Below, piece after piece: positions 16,986 through 26,752 of a stretch of 29,723 bases of DNA. The stretch is from a virus (Duplodnaviria > Caudoviricetes). The stretch spans positions 1 through 29,723 of IMG/VR virus record IMGVR_UViG_3300043117_000068. One strand, given 5' to 3'. The notes beneath the pieces are model-generated. The model had not been told where the DNA came from. It saw nothing but the letters and a program-made list of their open reading frames with translations, and searched no databases. The translations under genes and the position numbers were made by a program. Numbering within the stretch: position 1 is the first letter of the stretch; each line of letters opens with the position of its first letter.

Positions 16986-17297
16986 ATGGATGACTTATTT
17001 ATACATACAGTAACAATAGAAAGACCTACTAAGAGTGGAAATAAGATAGTGTACACTAGCCAGGGCAGTGAACAGGTATATATACAGAATCTTGACATTG
17101 ACGAGGTATTACAAGCTGATGGCAAGTTTATAAAAGACCAAAAGGCATATGGCAAAGCTGATTCTATAATACAAAAAGGTGATAAGGTTACCTATGGTAC
17201 TAAAGAATATATAGTTAAAAGTAGATTGGATAACGAGATGAGTCTTCATCCTGATATCGAGCATACTAAGTTTATATTAAGAGACGTTGAAAACTAA
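16986..17297 (+). CDS. Head closure / stopper protein
   Basis: HTVTIER...IQKGDKV...YIV; synteny. Confidence 0.7.
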   Translation: MDDLFIHTVTIERPTKSGNKIVYTSQGSEQVYIQNLDIDEVLQADGKFIKDQKAYGKADSIIQKGDKVTYGTKEYIVKSRLDNEMSLHPDIEHTKFILRDVEN

Positions 17298-17664
17298 CCT
17301 GCCTTCAAAATCGGAGATGTATTTAGGAACCAGAATTGCTATAGAAGGTGAAAGAGAAGTTTATGATGAAATGCTTCGATTAGCCAATGCGTTTCCAACC
17401 GCTATTGATGAAATAGCCAATAGGTTTATGTTAGCCCTTGAGGGCGAATCTAAGGTACAAGCACCAGTAGATACAGGTAGATTGAGGGATAGTATTTACA
17501 GTGAGCTTGAGGGCTTTAGTGGGGGCTCACACGTATCAACAGATACAGACTACGCTATATTTCCACATATTAACAATCCGTATATGTTTAGAGCTTTTGA
17601 GGTTACAACTATGAGAGATTTAGAATTAATAATAGATAATGTAATTGATGATCTAAACCTATGA
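17287..17664 (+). CDS. HK97 gp10-like tail completion protein (start may be ATG 17317)
   Basis: APVDTGRLRDSI, YA, NPYMFRA motifs. Confidence 0.85.
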   Translation: MKTNLPSKSEMYLGTRIAIEGEREVYDEMLRLANAFPTAIDEIANRFMLALEGESKVQAPVDTGRLRDSIYSELEGFSGGSHVSTDTDYAIFPHINNPYMFRAFEVTTMRDLELIIDNVIDDLNL

Positions 17665-18077
17665 TAAATCAACTTAAAAACTGGATAGTAACACAGTGTG
17701 AAACAGTAACAGAGCTTAACGGTAACACTTATACTTCTAACAAAGAAAACCCTGATGAATATCCTGTAGCAATTATTACCTTTGTTAAGACTGATGCAGA
17801 CATGAATACTATTAGAACTTCGTATCGTAGATATGTCTATAATGTTAGTTTACAATACGAGATAGGATCAGAGGCAATGACTGTAGATGAGATTGACACT
17901 GCTTTATATAATATAGTAGATAGCATAATCGATAAATTTGACTCTAACAGAAGTGCTGGTGGTATAGCAGATTTATTACTTCCAACAGGTGGACAGGCTC
18001 AATGGTTGGACACAGACCACCAAATACGTTATTGTGATATAAGATTAGAGTTCTTGGATATAAGGAACGCTAGTTAA
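17661..18077 (+). CDS. Tail terminator protein (putative)
   Basis: YPVAII motif; synteny before the tail tube. Confidence 0.65.
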   Translation: MINQLKNWIVTQCETVTELNGNTYTSNKENPDEYPVAIITFVKTDADMNTIRTSYRRYVYNVSLQYEIGSEAMTVDEIDTALYNIVDSIIDKFDSNRSAGGIADLLLPTGGQAQWLDTDHQIRYCDIRLEFLDIRNAS

Positions 18078-18094
18078 TTTGTAAATATATAAAA

Positions 18095-18256
18095 ATGGCT
18101 AAAAAGAAAAGCAAAAAGAAAGAAACTTCTAAAAAAGAAGAAAGTAAAGAAGTTGAAAAGCTTTACTTTTGGAGTAAGTATAATATCTTAGCCCCTTCAC
18201 TTAAGAAAGCGAAGAAGTTATACAATGAAAGAAGAGGTATAAAACCTAAGAAATAA
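18095..18256 (+). CDS. Small Lys-rich protein (53 aa, not in ORF track)
   Basis: MAKKKSKKKETSKKEESKEVEKLYFWSKYNILAPSLKKAKKLYNERRGIKPKK fills the intergenic gap. Confidence 0.65.
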   Translation: MAKKKSKKKETSKKEESKEVEKLYFWSKYNILAPSLKKAKKLYNERRGIKPKK

Positions 18257-18281
18257 TAAATAATTTTTTTAATTAATTAAT

Positions 18282-19289
18282 ATGCAAAAGATAGGACAGC
18301 AAGTCGAGGTGGCGGTAGTCAAGGAGACCACTCGAGGTACTATTCAAGCTCCATTAGCAGGGGACTGGATACCTAGGGGAGGACTTGATATTAGCCCAAT
18401 AAAAGAGACATACGATGTAGAGGCTAACATCGGTGCAATGGTAGTCAAGCAAGACATTCAAGCGGTACAGTTTGAAAATGAAATCACAATCACAATGCCA
18501 TTAGACAGAATATTTTCTGGAATAGCCTTAGCGGGTATGTATGGAGACATTACAACTACAACAGGAGACCCAGAGCTTAATGTAAATACACACGTGTTTG
18601 AAATACTAAATACAGGTGTAGTTCCAACATATACACTACATATAAAGTGGGCAGATGATAGGCAGTTTCAGTATCCATTGGGTATTGTTTCTTCTGCAAG
18701 TATTACTGTAAATACGGAAGGTGTACCAGAATTGTCAATGACATTCTTAACAGCTAAAGCATCTACTACAACAGGATTAACAGCCAGTTATCCAACAGAC
18801 AGTTATTTCAGTATGGTTGATGCTAAATTCTATATGCCAGAAACATACGCAGACTTAGCTTCAGCGTTAGCTATTGATGTACAAGAAGTCGGTGTTGAAT
18901 TTACCAGAGATCCTAAAAAGCTAAAATACATAGGTACTGATACACACTCTAACGTACTTGCAGCTGATTTTGAAGTAACAATGTCAATATCAAAGGACTT
19001 CAATGAAGAAAGTTTCTCTTCAGGAGATGACGCTTATATATTAGATGAATACTTAGCACATGCAACTAGAGCAGCTAGAATAGAATTTATAGATACAAGA
19101 ACTACAATAGGGGCAACCACAAACCCATCAATAAGAATAGATATTCCAGCTTCAAAGCAAATTGACCTAACAGAAGATCCAACACTTAAAGAGGTTGCAG
19201 GGGAAGACTTTATGGTAGTTCCAGTATATACTGACTTAACAAACGGATATAGTCTTGCTCAGTTAATCACTGATGAGGCAGCTTATTAA
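18282..19289 (+). CDS. Major tail tube protein
   Basis: KETTRGT N-terminus, THVF, PTYTL; synteny. Confidence 0.85.
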   Translation: MQKIGQQVEVAVVKETTRGTIQAPLAGDWIPRGGLDISPIKETYDVEANIGAMVVKQDIQAVQFENEITITMPLDRIFSGIALAGMYGDITTTTGDPELNVNTHVFEILNTGVVPTYTLHIKWADDRQFQYPLGIVSSASITVNTEGVPELSMTFLTAKASTTTGLTASYPTDSYFSMVDAKFYMPETYADLASALAIDVQEVGVEFTRDPKKLKYIGTDTHSNVLAADFEVTMSISKDFNEESFSSGDDAYILDEYLAHATRAARIEFIDTRTTIGATTNPSIRIDIPASKQIDLTEDPTLKEVAGEDFMVVPVYTDLTNGYSLAQLITDEAAY

Positions 19290-19313
19290 TATATAAAATA
19301 AAAAAATATATTT

Positions 19314-19622
19314 ATGAAAACCAAAAAGCTTAAGTTAGGAGGAGATTATGTGGTTATTGCAACCGACATTCGTATGGATGACTACGAGCAATTTGCACAG
19401 AAGGCTATAGATGAGGGGAATATTCCTGCTGGAAGATTTGCAAGACTCTCGATGATAAAAGAGATATCAATAGATGGAAAAGTCTATAAAGAGGATACTT
19501 TAGAGGAAGGATACAACGAAATGCCAGGAAGACTAGCAAATAAAGTATTAGTTCATTCAAATAAAGTCTTAGAGTCGGTTTCAGGTGAAGACAAAGAAGA
19601 GGAAAAAAAATTGCAAAAGTAG
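19314..19622 (+). CDS. Tail assembly chaperone (gpG-like)
   Basis: Lies between tail tube and tape measure; ends EEEKKLQK over an A8 run. Confidence 0.8.
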   Translation: MKTKKLKLGGDYVVIATDIRMDDYEQFAQKAIDEGNIPAGRFARLSMIKEISIDGKVYKEDTLEEGYNEMPGRLANKVLVHSNKVLESVSGEDKEEEKKLQK

Positions 19623-19834
19623 CTAAAGCCCTTGTTAAAGGCAGAAGAAATGATTTAACAAGAGAGTTTCAAACACAAACAATAGCCTTAGTTACTGGAT
19701 ATACACAAAAACAAATCCTAGAGACCGATGCTTTATGGTTACGCAGATTAATGCGTTTAGATCGTTATATGAACGAATTTTCTGCGAGAGAAGAAAAGAA
19801 GAAGAGTTTTCTTAGAAATAGACATAAAAAATAA
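19314..19834 (+). CDS. Tail assembly chaperone gpGT-like product via -1 frameshift at 19603-19610
   Basis: GAA AAA AAA slippery run; the -1 frame stays open to TAA 19832-19834 (IAKVAKALVKG...ALVTGYTQKQILETD...). Confidence 0.8.
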
Positions 19835-19851
19835 AATAAGGATATTAATTA

Positions 19852-22152
19852 ATGGCAGATCAAAGTAGAAATATAAGAGTAACTTGGACAGGTGTTGATA
19901 ATGTAACAGCTGTTGCTGAGCAAGTTGCTAAATCTATAAGAAAATACGAAAGAAAAAACAGCAAAGCTTTAAACTCACTAACAAGTGCAGGGAAAAAAGC
20001 TACTTTGACATTAGGGGCATTAGGAGCTGTTGCAGTAGATGCTACCAATGCCTTTGGTAAAATGGAAGGTACAACACAAGGTTTTGCTAGAGGTTTTGGT
20101 AGAGAAGTAACAGCTAACTTGAATACCCTAAGAGATGCAACCCAGGGAATCGTTTCAGATTTTGAGTTGACTAAACAGGCTAGTGCAGCTGCATCTCTTG
20201 GGGTCACCAACGATATCGATGAAATGGCTGCTATTATGCAGGTAGCAAGAATTAGAGGTCGTGAGTTTGGTTTGAGTATGGATCAATCACTTGAAAGTAT
20301 TGTTACTGGTATTGGTAGGATGTCTCCTTTAGTGCTAGACAACTTAGGTATTCGTATTCCAGATGCTCTAAAAGAGACTTTTGATAGTATGAATGAGGTT
20401 GAGAAAAAACAAGCCTTAGTAAATGCTGTATTACAGGATGGAGCTAACATAGCTAAACAATATGGAGATATTCAATTAACTACATCTGAGAGACTACAAA
20501 GAGTTAAAGCTAGTGCAGAAAACCTAAGAACAACATTGGGAGCCGCTTTAGTACCTGTTATGGAAACAGTGGTGGATACTATAGTTCCTATAGTAAGATA
20601 CTCAACAGCGTGGATACAACAAAATGAAAAGTTAGTTCAAAATGCTGTTAAGTTAGTGGCAGGTATATCGGCAGTAGTAATAGTGGCTGGGGCTTTGGCA
20701 AAAGCCGTTAAAATCGCTTCTGCGACCTTGAGTCTGCTAAAAGCGTCTGCCATATCTACTCAATTAGCCTTTGGAGCTTTAGGAATTGCTATTGTAGGAG
20801 TTAGTCTGTTGCTAGGAAGGCAAGTAAAGAAATTGACAGCAGTTAAAGATTCTTCAGGTGGTGCTTTGGATGCACTTAAAAATCTAGGTACTTCTGGTAA
20901 AAAAGCAGCTGCAAAGGTTGGTGAGGGTGCTGATGAGGCTAGAAAGAAAATAGCAGACCTAAGAGAACAGATAGAGCAAGAAAACGAAGCCTTTGAGGAT
21001 CAGTTGGCGAATATTGTTAAAAATGCACAAGAAAGACTTTCAACAAACAAAAGAACACTAAAGGAAGAACAAAAGCAGTTCGAAAGAACAATGCAGGAAA
21101 AAACGGAAGCCTATTTACAAGAGCGTAAAATGATAAAGGAAGGAGGAGAAGAACAGATTAGAGAGTTAGAGGCTGTAGTTGAAAGGAGACTTAGAGAAGA
21201 AAAGGATTTAACGGCGGGTCAACGTCAAGAATTACAACAAAGAATAGTGCTTGCTAAAGCAGCATTGCAAGAACAATTAAATACTGCAGACACTACATAT
21301 CAAGAGGAGACGCAAAGTTTGAAGTCTGAACACCAAGAAAGACAAAATTCTTTACAGGAAAAAATAGCTCAAGACGAGGCTATGCTTAAAAAACATGCGG
21401 AGGATATAAAAGGAATACAATTGCAAACCTCAAAAGACGAGATAGATATATTAAAGGAAACTCACAATAAGAGATTAAATGAGTTAAGAAATCAGATCAA
21501 GAAAGAAGAGTCCGAGTTCTCAAGTATGAATGAGAACATATCTGATATGTATTCGAATACAATAGCTGATATGAATGCACTAGATATAGATTTAGGAGGA
21601 GCTTTAGACTTACCAAGTTTTGGTGAACTTCTTAAGGGTGTTGGTGAGGATATTGAGAACACTGTTAATGGAATAGCTGCTTCTATTAACTCTTTTGTTT
21701 CAGGAGCGTTTTCTAATCTTTCTAGTAGTTTGAGTAATGTATTAACTAATATTAAATTGCCTGCATTTTTTGACAAACTTCTTATGTTGCCAAAGGGGTC
21801 TATTAATACAGCATTTAAAGTTTGGTCTGGTAAGTTACAGGACGCTTCAACTAAAGCTAGTGAGTCTTCGGACTGGTATGCAACGGAGGCTAAAAAAGCA
21901 TTTGATGCTCTTTCCACTTATGATGTAGGTACACCATTTGTACCATCAGACCAAATAGCTAAGATACACAAGGGCGAGGCTGTAATTCCAGCAAGAAATA
22001 ACCCATATGACAAGAGGGGTCAACTGAAAGAGTCAGGACAAACAGGAAATAATAGTACATTTAACAACACATTTATTAATACTCAAGTTGACCCAAATCA
22101 GCTTGCTAGTGCTTTAGACTTTCAATTAAGAACTTTAGGGAGGAGTAGATAA
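19852..22152 (+). CDS. Tail tape measure protein
   Basis: Ala/Gly-rich helical protein with GIGRMSPLVLDNLGI, hydrophobic middle, coiled coil, C-terminal GTPFVP...HKGEAVIPA. Confidence 0.92.
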   Translation: MADQSRNIRVTWTGVDNVTAVAEQVAKSIRKYERKNSKALNSLTSAGKKATLTLGALGAVAVDATNAFGKMEGTTQGFARGFGREVTANLNTLRDATQGIVSDFELTKQASAAASLGVTNDIDEMAAIMQVARIRGREFGLSMDQSLESIVTGIGRMSPLVLDNLGIRIPDALKETFDSMNEVEKKQALVNAVLQDGANIAKQYGDIQLTTSERLQRVKASAENLRTTLGAALVPVMETVVDTIVPIVRYSTAWIQQNEKLVQNAVKLVAGISAVVIVAGALAKAVKIASATLSLLKASAISTQLAFGALGIAIVGVSLLLGRQVKKLTAVKDSSGGALDALKNLGTSGKKAAAKVGEGADEARKKIADLREQIEQENEAFEDQLANIVKNAQERLSTNKRTLKEEQKQFERTMQEKTEAYLQERKMIKEGGEEQIRELEAVVERRLREEKDLTAGQRQELQQRIVLAKAALQEQLNTADTTYQEETQSLKSEHQERQNSLQEKIAQDEAMLKKHAEDIKGIQLQTSKDEIDILKETHNKRLNELRNQIKKEESEFSSMNENISDMYSNTIADMNALDIDLGGALDLPSFGELLKGVGEDIENTVNGIAASINSFVSGAFSNLSSSLSNVLTNIKLPAFFDKLLMLPKGSINTAFKVWSGKLQDASTKASESSDWYATEAKKAFDALSTYDVGTPFVPSDQIAKIHKGEAVIPARNNPYDKRGQLKESGQTGNNSTFNNTFINTQVDPNQLASALDFQLRTLGRSR

Positions 22153-22994
22153 TGTCAGCAGTAAAAATAGTATACAATGGAATAACTATAGGGGACACCT
22201 CACAATACTATATTGACAGGTTACCTGGGTTTTATGATATTAATATACGTACCTCTGAAGATTTTCTTACAGATCAGGATGGAAGTAAGATATGGAATCA
22301 AAAGTATGCTTCAAGAGAATTAGCTATAGAGGGAACTCTTATAGGTACTACTGTTGCAGACTACTTTGAAAAGGCTTCGGATCTTGCTAAGGCTTTTTCT
22401 ATTACAAAGGAGAGCAAACTTCTTACAATTACAAAATGGGATGATGCAAGTACACAAAAGAATATATATGCAAAGGTTGTAAGTATGCCAAGAATTATAG
22501 AAGAGGTTGGTCAAAGTAACTTTGCAGCTTTTAGGATAGAGCTTAAAGCTGAAACACCATTCTTTCTAAGTACTTCAAGTAAATCAGGTTCTACGGCAAT
22601 AGGTACAGCTACTGGAATTCCACTTAGCATACCCATGGGCATACCAATAGGAAGCAATACAAATGGTCAAATAACAATTAATAATGAAGGGGATATAGAG
22701 GCATTTCCCAGTTTTACGATTAGTAATGACCTACAAAATCCAACAGTGACTAATATTACAACAGGAGAATTTTTCCAGATACAGGATACCCTTTCAATTG
22801 GAGATATAGTGTCAGTTTCTGTAGGTAACGATGGTTTAAGGGTAACTAAGAATGGGACTAACATATTTGATAAATTTGCAGGAGATATATTTACACTAGC
22901 AAAAGGTGTAAATACAATTAAGTTTAGTGCTACTGGTAGTAGTAATAGAGGTCTTTTAACAGTAAACTTTACTGATCACTACCTAACAATATAA
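22152..22994 (+). CDS. Distal tail (Dit)-like protein
   Basis: DG...SRELAIEG, AETPFF, NEGD..AFP, LAKGVNTI; follows the tape measure gene. Confidence 0.85.
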   Translation: MSAVKIVYNGITIGDTSQYYIDRLPGFYDINIRTSEDFLTDQDGSKIWNQKYASRELAIEGTLIGTTVADYFEKASDLAKAFSITKESKLLTITKWDDASTQKNIYAKVVSMPRIIEEVGQSNFAAFRIELKAETPFFLSTSSKSGSTAIGTATGIPLSIPMGIPIGSNTNGQITINNEGDIEAFPSFTISNDLQNPTVTNITTGEFFQIQDTLSIGDIVSVSVGNDGLRVTKNGTNIFDKFAGDIFTLAKGVNTIKFSATGSSNRGLLTVNFTDHYLTI

Positions 22995-22995
22995 A

Positions 22996-24072
22996 ATGGA
23001 AAGACCAACAATAACAATTGAACTGTATAGAATAGATTCTACTACTGGAGAATTTACCAAATTTGAAGACGTTACGACATATTTAAATCTTACATGGTAT
23101 GACAAAGAAAATGGAATTGGGGCTGCTTCTTTTGCTTTAAGTATATTTGACCAAAAGGCAAGACTAGAAAATTTTAGAAAGTGGAGAACTATTGTAGCAA
23201 TTAAAGAAAATGACACTATAGTGTGGGTAGGAGTTGTTACAGATAGAACAATTAACTATCAAGATGTTTCTGGTTATATAACTGTACAATGCTCGCATTA
23301 CATTGCTATGCTAACTCATAGATATACACCTTCAATTGATATACACAATAATCAGGATATAGGGGATATTGCCGCAGATCTTATAGCAGCCACACAAAAC
23401 AGAACCAATGGAGAGCTCGGCATAGTTAAGGGTTCTGTAGAAACTTCAAGAAATTTAAATATCACTTATGAATATACAGAAGTTTTTTCTGCAATAGCCA
23501 ATCTTACTAACATTCCAGGAGGATTTGATATTGTTTGGGATTATAATGTAGATGCACTTAATCAATTAGATGAAGTCGAATACAATATATACAAGAATTC
23601 TGGAAGAAGAATTAATAATATTCCTCCACTTCAACTAGGTCGCAATGTAAATGAAATAGTATCTATAGATACTCAAGATGAGATATATAACGCTATAATT
23701 GGACTGGGTTCAGGTACAGGTGGTAATGTAATAACAATTAGTGAGGAAGATACAGCCTCTCAAAAATCATATACAAGAAGGGAGAAGATATTGGCTAGAA
23801 AAGATTTATCTATAGAAGAGGTTTTAGAAACTGTTACTGAAGACGAGTTAAACACTTATAAAGTAGAAAGGCTACATATTAATATTGACATGATACCAGA
23901 GATGCCTCCCCTCCTCGGACAGATTAAGATAGGGGATATAGTACCTATAAAATTAAAAACAGATAATGAATCTTTTGTTAATTTTGTTGGTACTGCTAAA
24001 ATAATAGAAGCAGGTAAAACAATACAAGGAGACTCAATAGTAACTAATTTAAAGTTAGAATATATACCTTAA
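22996..24072 (+). CDS. Minor tail / baseplate hub protein (ReqiPepy6 Gp37-like)
   Basis: NGIGAASF, VWVG, GLGSG, RRE, IGDIV pattern; follows Dit. Confidence 0.75.
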   Translation: MERPTITIELYRIDSTTGEFTKFEDVTTYLNLTWYDKENGIGAASFALSIFDQKARLENFRKWRTIVAIKENDTIVWVGVVTDRTINYQDVSGYITVQCSHYIAMLTHRYTPSIDIHNNQDIGDIAADLIAATQNRTNGELGIVKGSVETSRNLNITYEYTEVFSAIANLTNIPGGFDIVWDYNVDALNQLDEVEYNIYKNSGRRINNIPPLQLGRNVNEIVSIDTQDEIYNAIIGLGSGTGGNVITISEEDTASQKSYTRREKILARKDLSIEEVLETVTEDELNTYKVERLHINIDMIPEMPPLLGQIKIGDIVPIKLKTDNESFVNFVGTAKIIEAGKTIQGDSIVTNLKLEYIP

Positions 24073-24908
24073 TGAAGATGCCTAATATTCCTCAAGCACC
24101 CAGATTAAATCCTACAGACGTTGAATTTGTTAAATATTTAACAGATATTAATCAAAGACTTGAGAATCTAGAAAAAGTAACACAACCGCAGTATATTGAT
24201 TGGTATGGAATAAACCCTGCGTTAGTTGAAAGGATAAATGATTATAAAGTAAACATTACAGGTATTTCCCAATCTCAGTTTGCTGTTGGGGATAAGGTAA
24301 GAATAAAACAAGCTGGAGATTCAGATTACAGATATTTCTATATATACAGAACTGCAAACTTAACTGAGTTAGATCCACTATCTGAACCTGATGATCCTGT
24401 AGTTATGGATTTAGCATTAGCATATGGAAGACCTTTTCTTTCAGGGAGTGACTCGTTGGTTTCTTCTGGTGTAGCGATAGAAGAGTTTTCTATTTCTAAA
24501 AGCCTATCACCATCAGGTATGGGAGGTAGTTTGTTTTTTGATACAGTATTTAAAAGCCCAGGAGGTACTACTAGGTCAACTACAGAAAATGTTACCCAAT
24601 ACTCCATGAGTGGAAATTTATTAACCATAAATTTAAATGTAAACTTTTCATCTACTATAACAGACAGTTACTTAAAGTTTGATATTCCTTTGGGCATAGA
24701 TTTAACATATGACGCTAGTGGTTCAAGCAGAATGGCTATATTGACTTCTGGTGGTAGCGGTCCTCAGGACGTTTGGCTAAATATAGATAAAAATACAACA
24801 CAATTAGAGAAAGAAGTATGGTTAAGACCTTACGCTCCTTTCGCTGTTAGCTTTGCTGATTTGGTGAGTTTAGATACTACAGTTTCTATGTTAATCGATA
24901 ATGCATAA
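24072..24908 (+). CDS. Tail tip / receptor-binding-like protein
   Basis: RLENLEK coiled N-terminus, beta-rich body. Confidence 0.65.
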   Translation: MKMPNIPQAPRLNPTDVEFVKYLTDINQRLENLEKVTQPQYIDWYGINPALVERINDYKVNITGISQSQFAVGDKVRIKQAGDSDYRYFYIYRTANLTELDPLSEPDDPVVMDLALAYGRPFLSGSDSLVSSGVAIEEFSISKSLSPSGMGGSLFFDTVFKSPGGTTRSTTENVTQYSMSGNLLTINLNVNFSSTITDSYLKFDIPLGIDLTYDASGSSRMAILTSGGSGPQDVWLNIDKNTTQLEKEVWLRPYAPFAVSFADLVSLDTTVSMLIDNA

Positions 24909-24944
24909 CTGGACATATATATATAATTTTTGATACAAAGTAAT

Positions 24945-26237
24945 ATGAGTATACATGTAAGTCTTATAAATGGAATGGGGTCGGCAACCGACTCGTTGTC
25001 AGGAACTGTTACAACACAGGGTGCTAACGATTCTGATTTTATGCACATTGCAAGCGATTTTCTTTTAGAACAAGGAGTCCTTTCTAAGGCAGAGAACGAT
25101 TTTAGTGTTGGTGAAAACTCTCCAGCAAATAAAAGTGTTGATGTACAGCCTGGCATTGCTTACGTAAAAAATACTGCGTGGGCAAGAAGTGATTTTCTTA
25201 CCAAATACTATAGAGTAGAAAGTGACGCTATTGAGAATGTTGTAATTTCTGATAATGCATCAGGAAATCCACGTATTGACTTAATAGTTTTAAAAATAGA
25301 TTCCTCTGTAACTCCAGATGCTAATGCTTCTAATGTAGCTACGGTTACAGTTATTGAAGGAACACCTGCTGCTTCTCCTACTGCCCCTGCTATACCATCC
25401 GATGGAAATCATTACTTGGAACTAGCAGAAGTTGCAGTTGCCAACGGATTTAGTAGTATTGTTGATGCTAATATTACAGATAGAAGAAAGAATTTGGCAG
25501 CACTCACAGGACCGTCTTGGGATGGTTGGACTTTATTATCTCCAACAGTAACGTACTCTAGCGTAGATGATCCAACGGGAGTAGTTACTATCTCTGGAAA
25601 TCTTACTAGTTATTTCAGTAATGGAATGAGAATTAAGTTTGACAATGGTGGGAATACTATTTATGGGATTATTACAAAAGTTTCTTATTCAGCTCCCAAT
25701 ACAGTAATTACATTCCTACACGAAATAAATTTTTCAACTGGTCAAGCACTTACATTAATGGCTAATAGTGCAATTACAAACTTTAATTACTCTCCTATGA
25801 AAGCCCCACAAGGGTTTCCTTTAGACCCTACTAAATGGACAATTCTCTGGTCACCAACAGGGTATGTAACGACAGTAACAAGTAATGTGACATATACAAT
25901 TGGTTCTCAAAGTATTCCTATTGGTTCTTGGTATCTTAAGCCCAAACTGTCTATCACTACTTATGCAAACCCTTCTACATATATTCTATTAAGGGCTTCT
26001 TTCTCCACGACACCAGAAGCTATAGATGGTTCATCGGTTGAACTTATGAGATACTATGGAGCTAGTGCAGATTTAAGGATTGCTCTTAATATGGGTGCTA
26101 CTCATATTATTAATCTTTCTAGTAAAGTTACATATTATCTAAATGCAGTTACTACTGCAGCAGGGACAATAGGTTACTTAGGAATAGATAGTACTAACCA
26201 CGGAGCTAGAATTTTAGTTGAATGTGCTTATTTATAA
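24945..26237 (+). CDS. Tail fiber / baseplate protein (likely start ATG 24945)
   Basis: SVDVQPGIAY, NPRIDLIV, GTPAASPTAP, LAEVAV...ITDRR baseplate-type N-terminus with beta-rich C-terminus. Confidence 0.8.
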   Translation: MSIHVSLINGMGSATDSLSGTVTTQGANDSDFMHIASDFLLEQGVLSKAENDFSVGENSPANKSVDVQPGIAYVKNTAWARSDFLTKYYRVESDAIENVVISDNASGNPRIDLIVLKIDSSVTPDANASNVATVTVIEGTPAASPTAPAIPSDGNHYLELAEVAVANGFSSIVDANITDRRKNLAALTGPSWDGWTLLSPTVTYSSVDDPTGVVTISGNLTSYFSNGMRIKFDNGGNTIYGIITKVSYSAPNTVITFLHEINFSTGQALTLMANSAITNFNYSPMKAPQGFPLDPTKWTILWSPTGYVTTVTSNVTYTIGSQSIPIGSWYLKPKLSITTYANPSTYILLRASFSTTPEAIDGSSVELMRYYGASADLRIALNMGATHIINLSSKVTYYLNAVTTAAGTIGYLGIDSTNHGARILVECAYL

Positions 26238-26241
26238 AACT

Positions 26242-26355
26242 ATGAAAAAACTACTGCTCGGAATAACAATAGGAATTTTAACAAGTATTATATTGGTATA
26301 TCTATTTAGATACCATTTAGTTGCATACTTTATATTTTTAATGTTTAATGGTTAA
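26242..26355 (+). CDS. Small membrane protein (37 aa, not in ORF track)
   Basis: MKKLLLGITIGILTSIILVYLFRYHLVAYFIFLMFNG; TAATG coupling to the next gene. Confidence 0.55.
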   Translation: MKKLLLGITIGILTSIILVYLFRYHLVAYFIFLMFNG

Positions 26356-26735
26356 TGGGAAACACAGAAACGCATAATAACTTAAAAGAGATATCTAGAC
26401 TACAAACACAGATGGAAAATGTAAACGAGAAAATAGATGGCTTGAAAGAAGAGCAGGTCAAGATACAGCAGGAACAGAAACAGGGATTTGAAAAAATACT
26501 TGGAAAGATTGATGGTTTAGGTAGGATTTATGTTAGAAAAGACACATACAAAAGGGACATAGCAGAATTGAAAGAGTGGGAAATGCAACAGAAAAAGAAC
26601 AAGACTTGGCTTTGGCAAACAATATTAGTAGTTATTATTGGGATTATAGTCAGTTCTCTTACTAACATTTTAATCAATGGAGTGATAGATGAAGTAAGAG
26701 GAGAACAGACAGTTCAGAGTAGTCCTATTGAATAA
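26355..26735 (+). CDS. XhlA-like coiled-coil plus TM lysis protein (putative holin partner)
   Basis: Coiled coil followed by WLWQTILVVIIGIIVS TM; precedes the endolysin. Confidence 0.65.
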   Translation: MGNTETHNNLKEISRLQTQMENVNEKIDGLKEEQVKIQQEQKQGFEKILGKIDGLGRIYVRKDTYKRDIAELKEWEMQQKKNKTWLWQTILVVIIGIIVSSLTNILINGVIDEVRGEQTVQSSPIE

Positions 26736-26752
26736 ATTGTTATTAAAAAATA

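Noticed and set aside
18303-18313. GTCGAGGTGGC shared with 14-24
   Set aside because: An 11-nt match within coding sequence, compatible with chance
24945-26237. Diversity-generating retroelement target in the tail fiber
   Set aside because: No reverse transcriptase and no template/variable repeat pair seen
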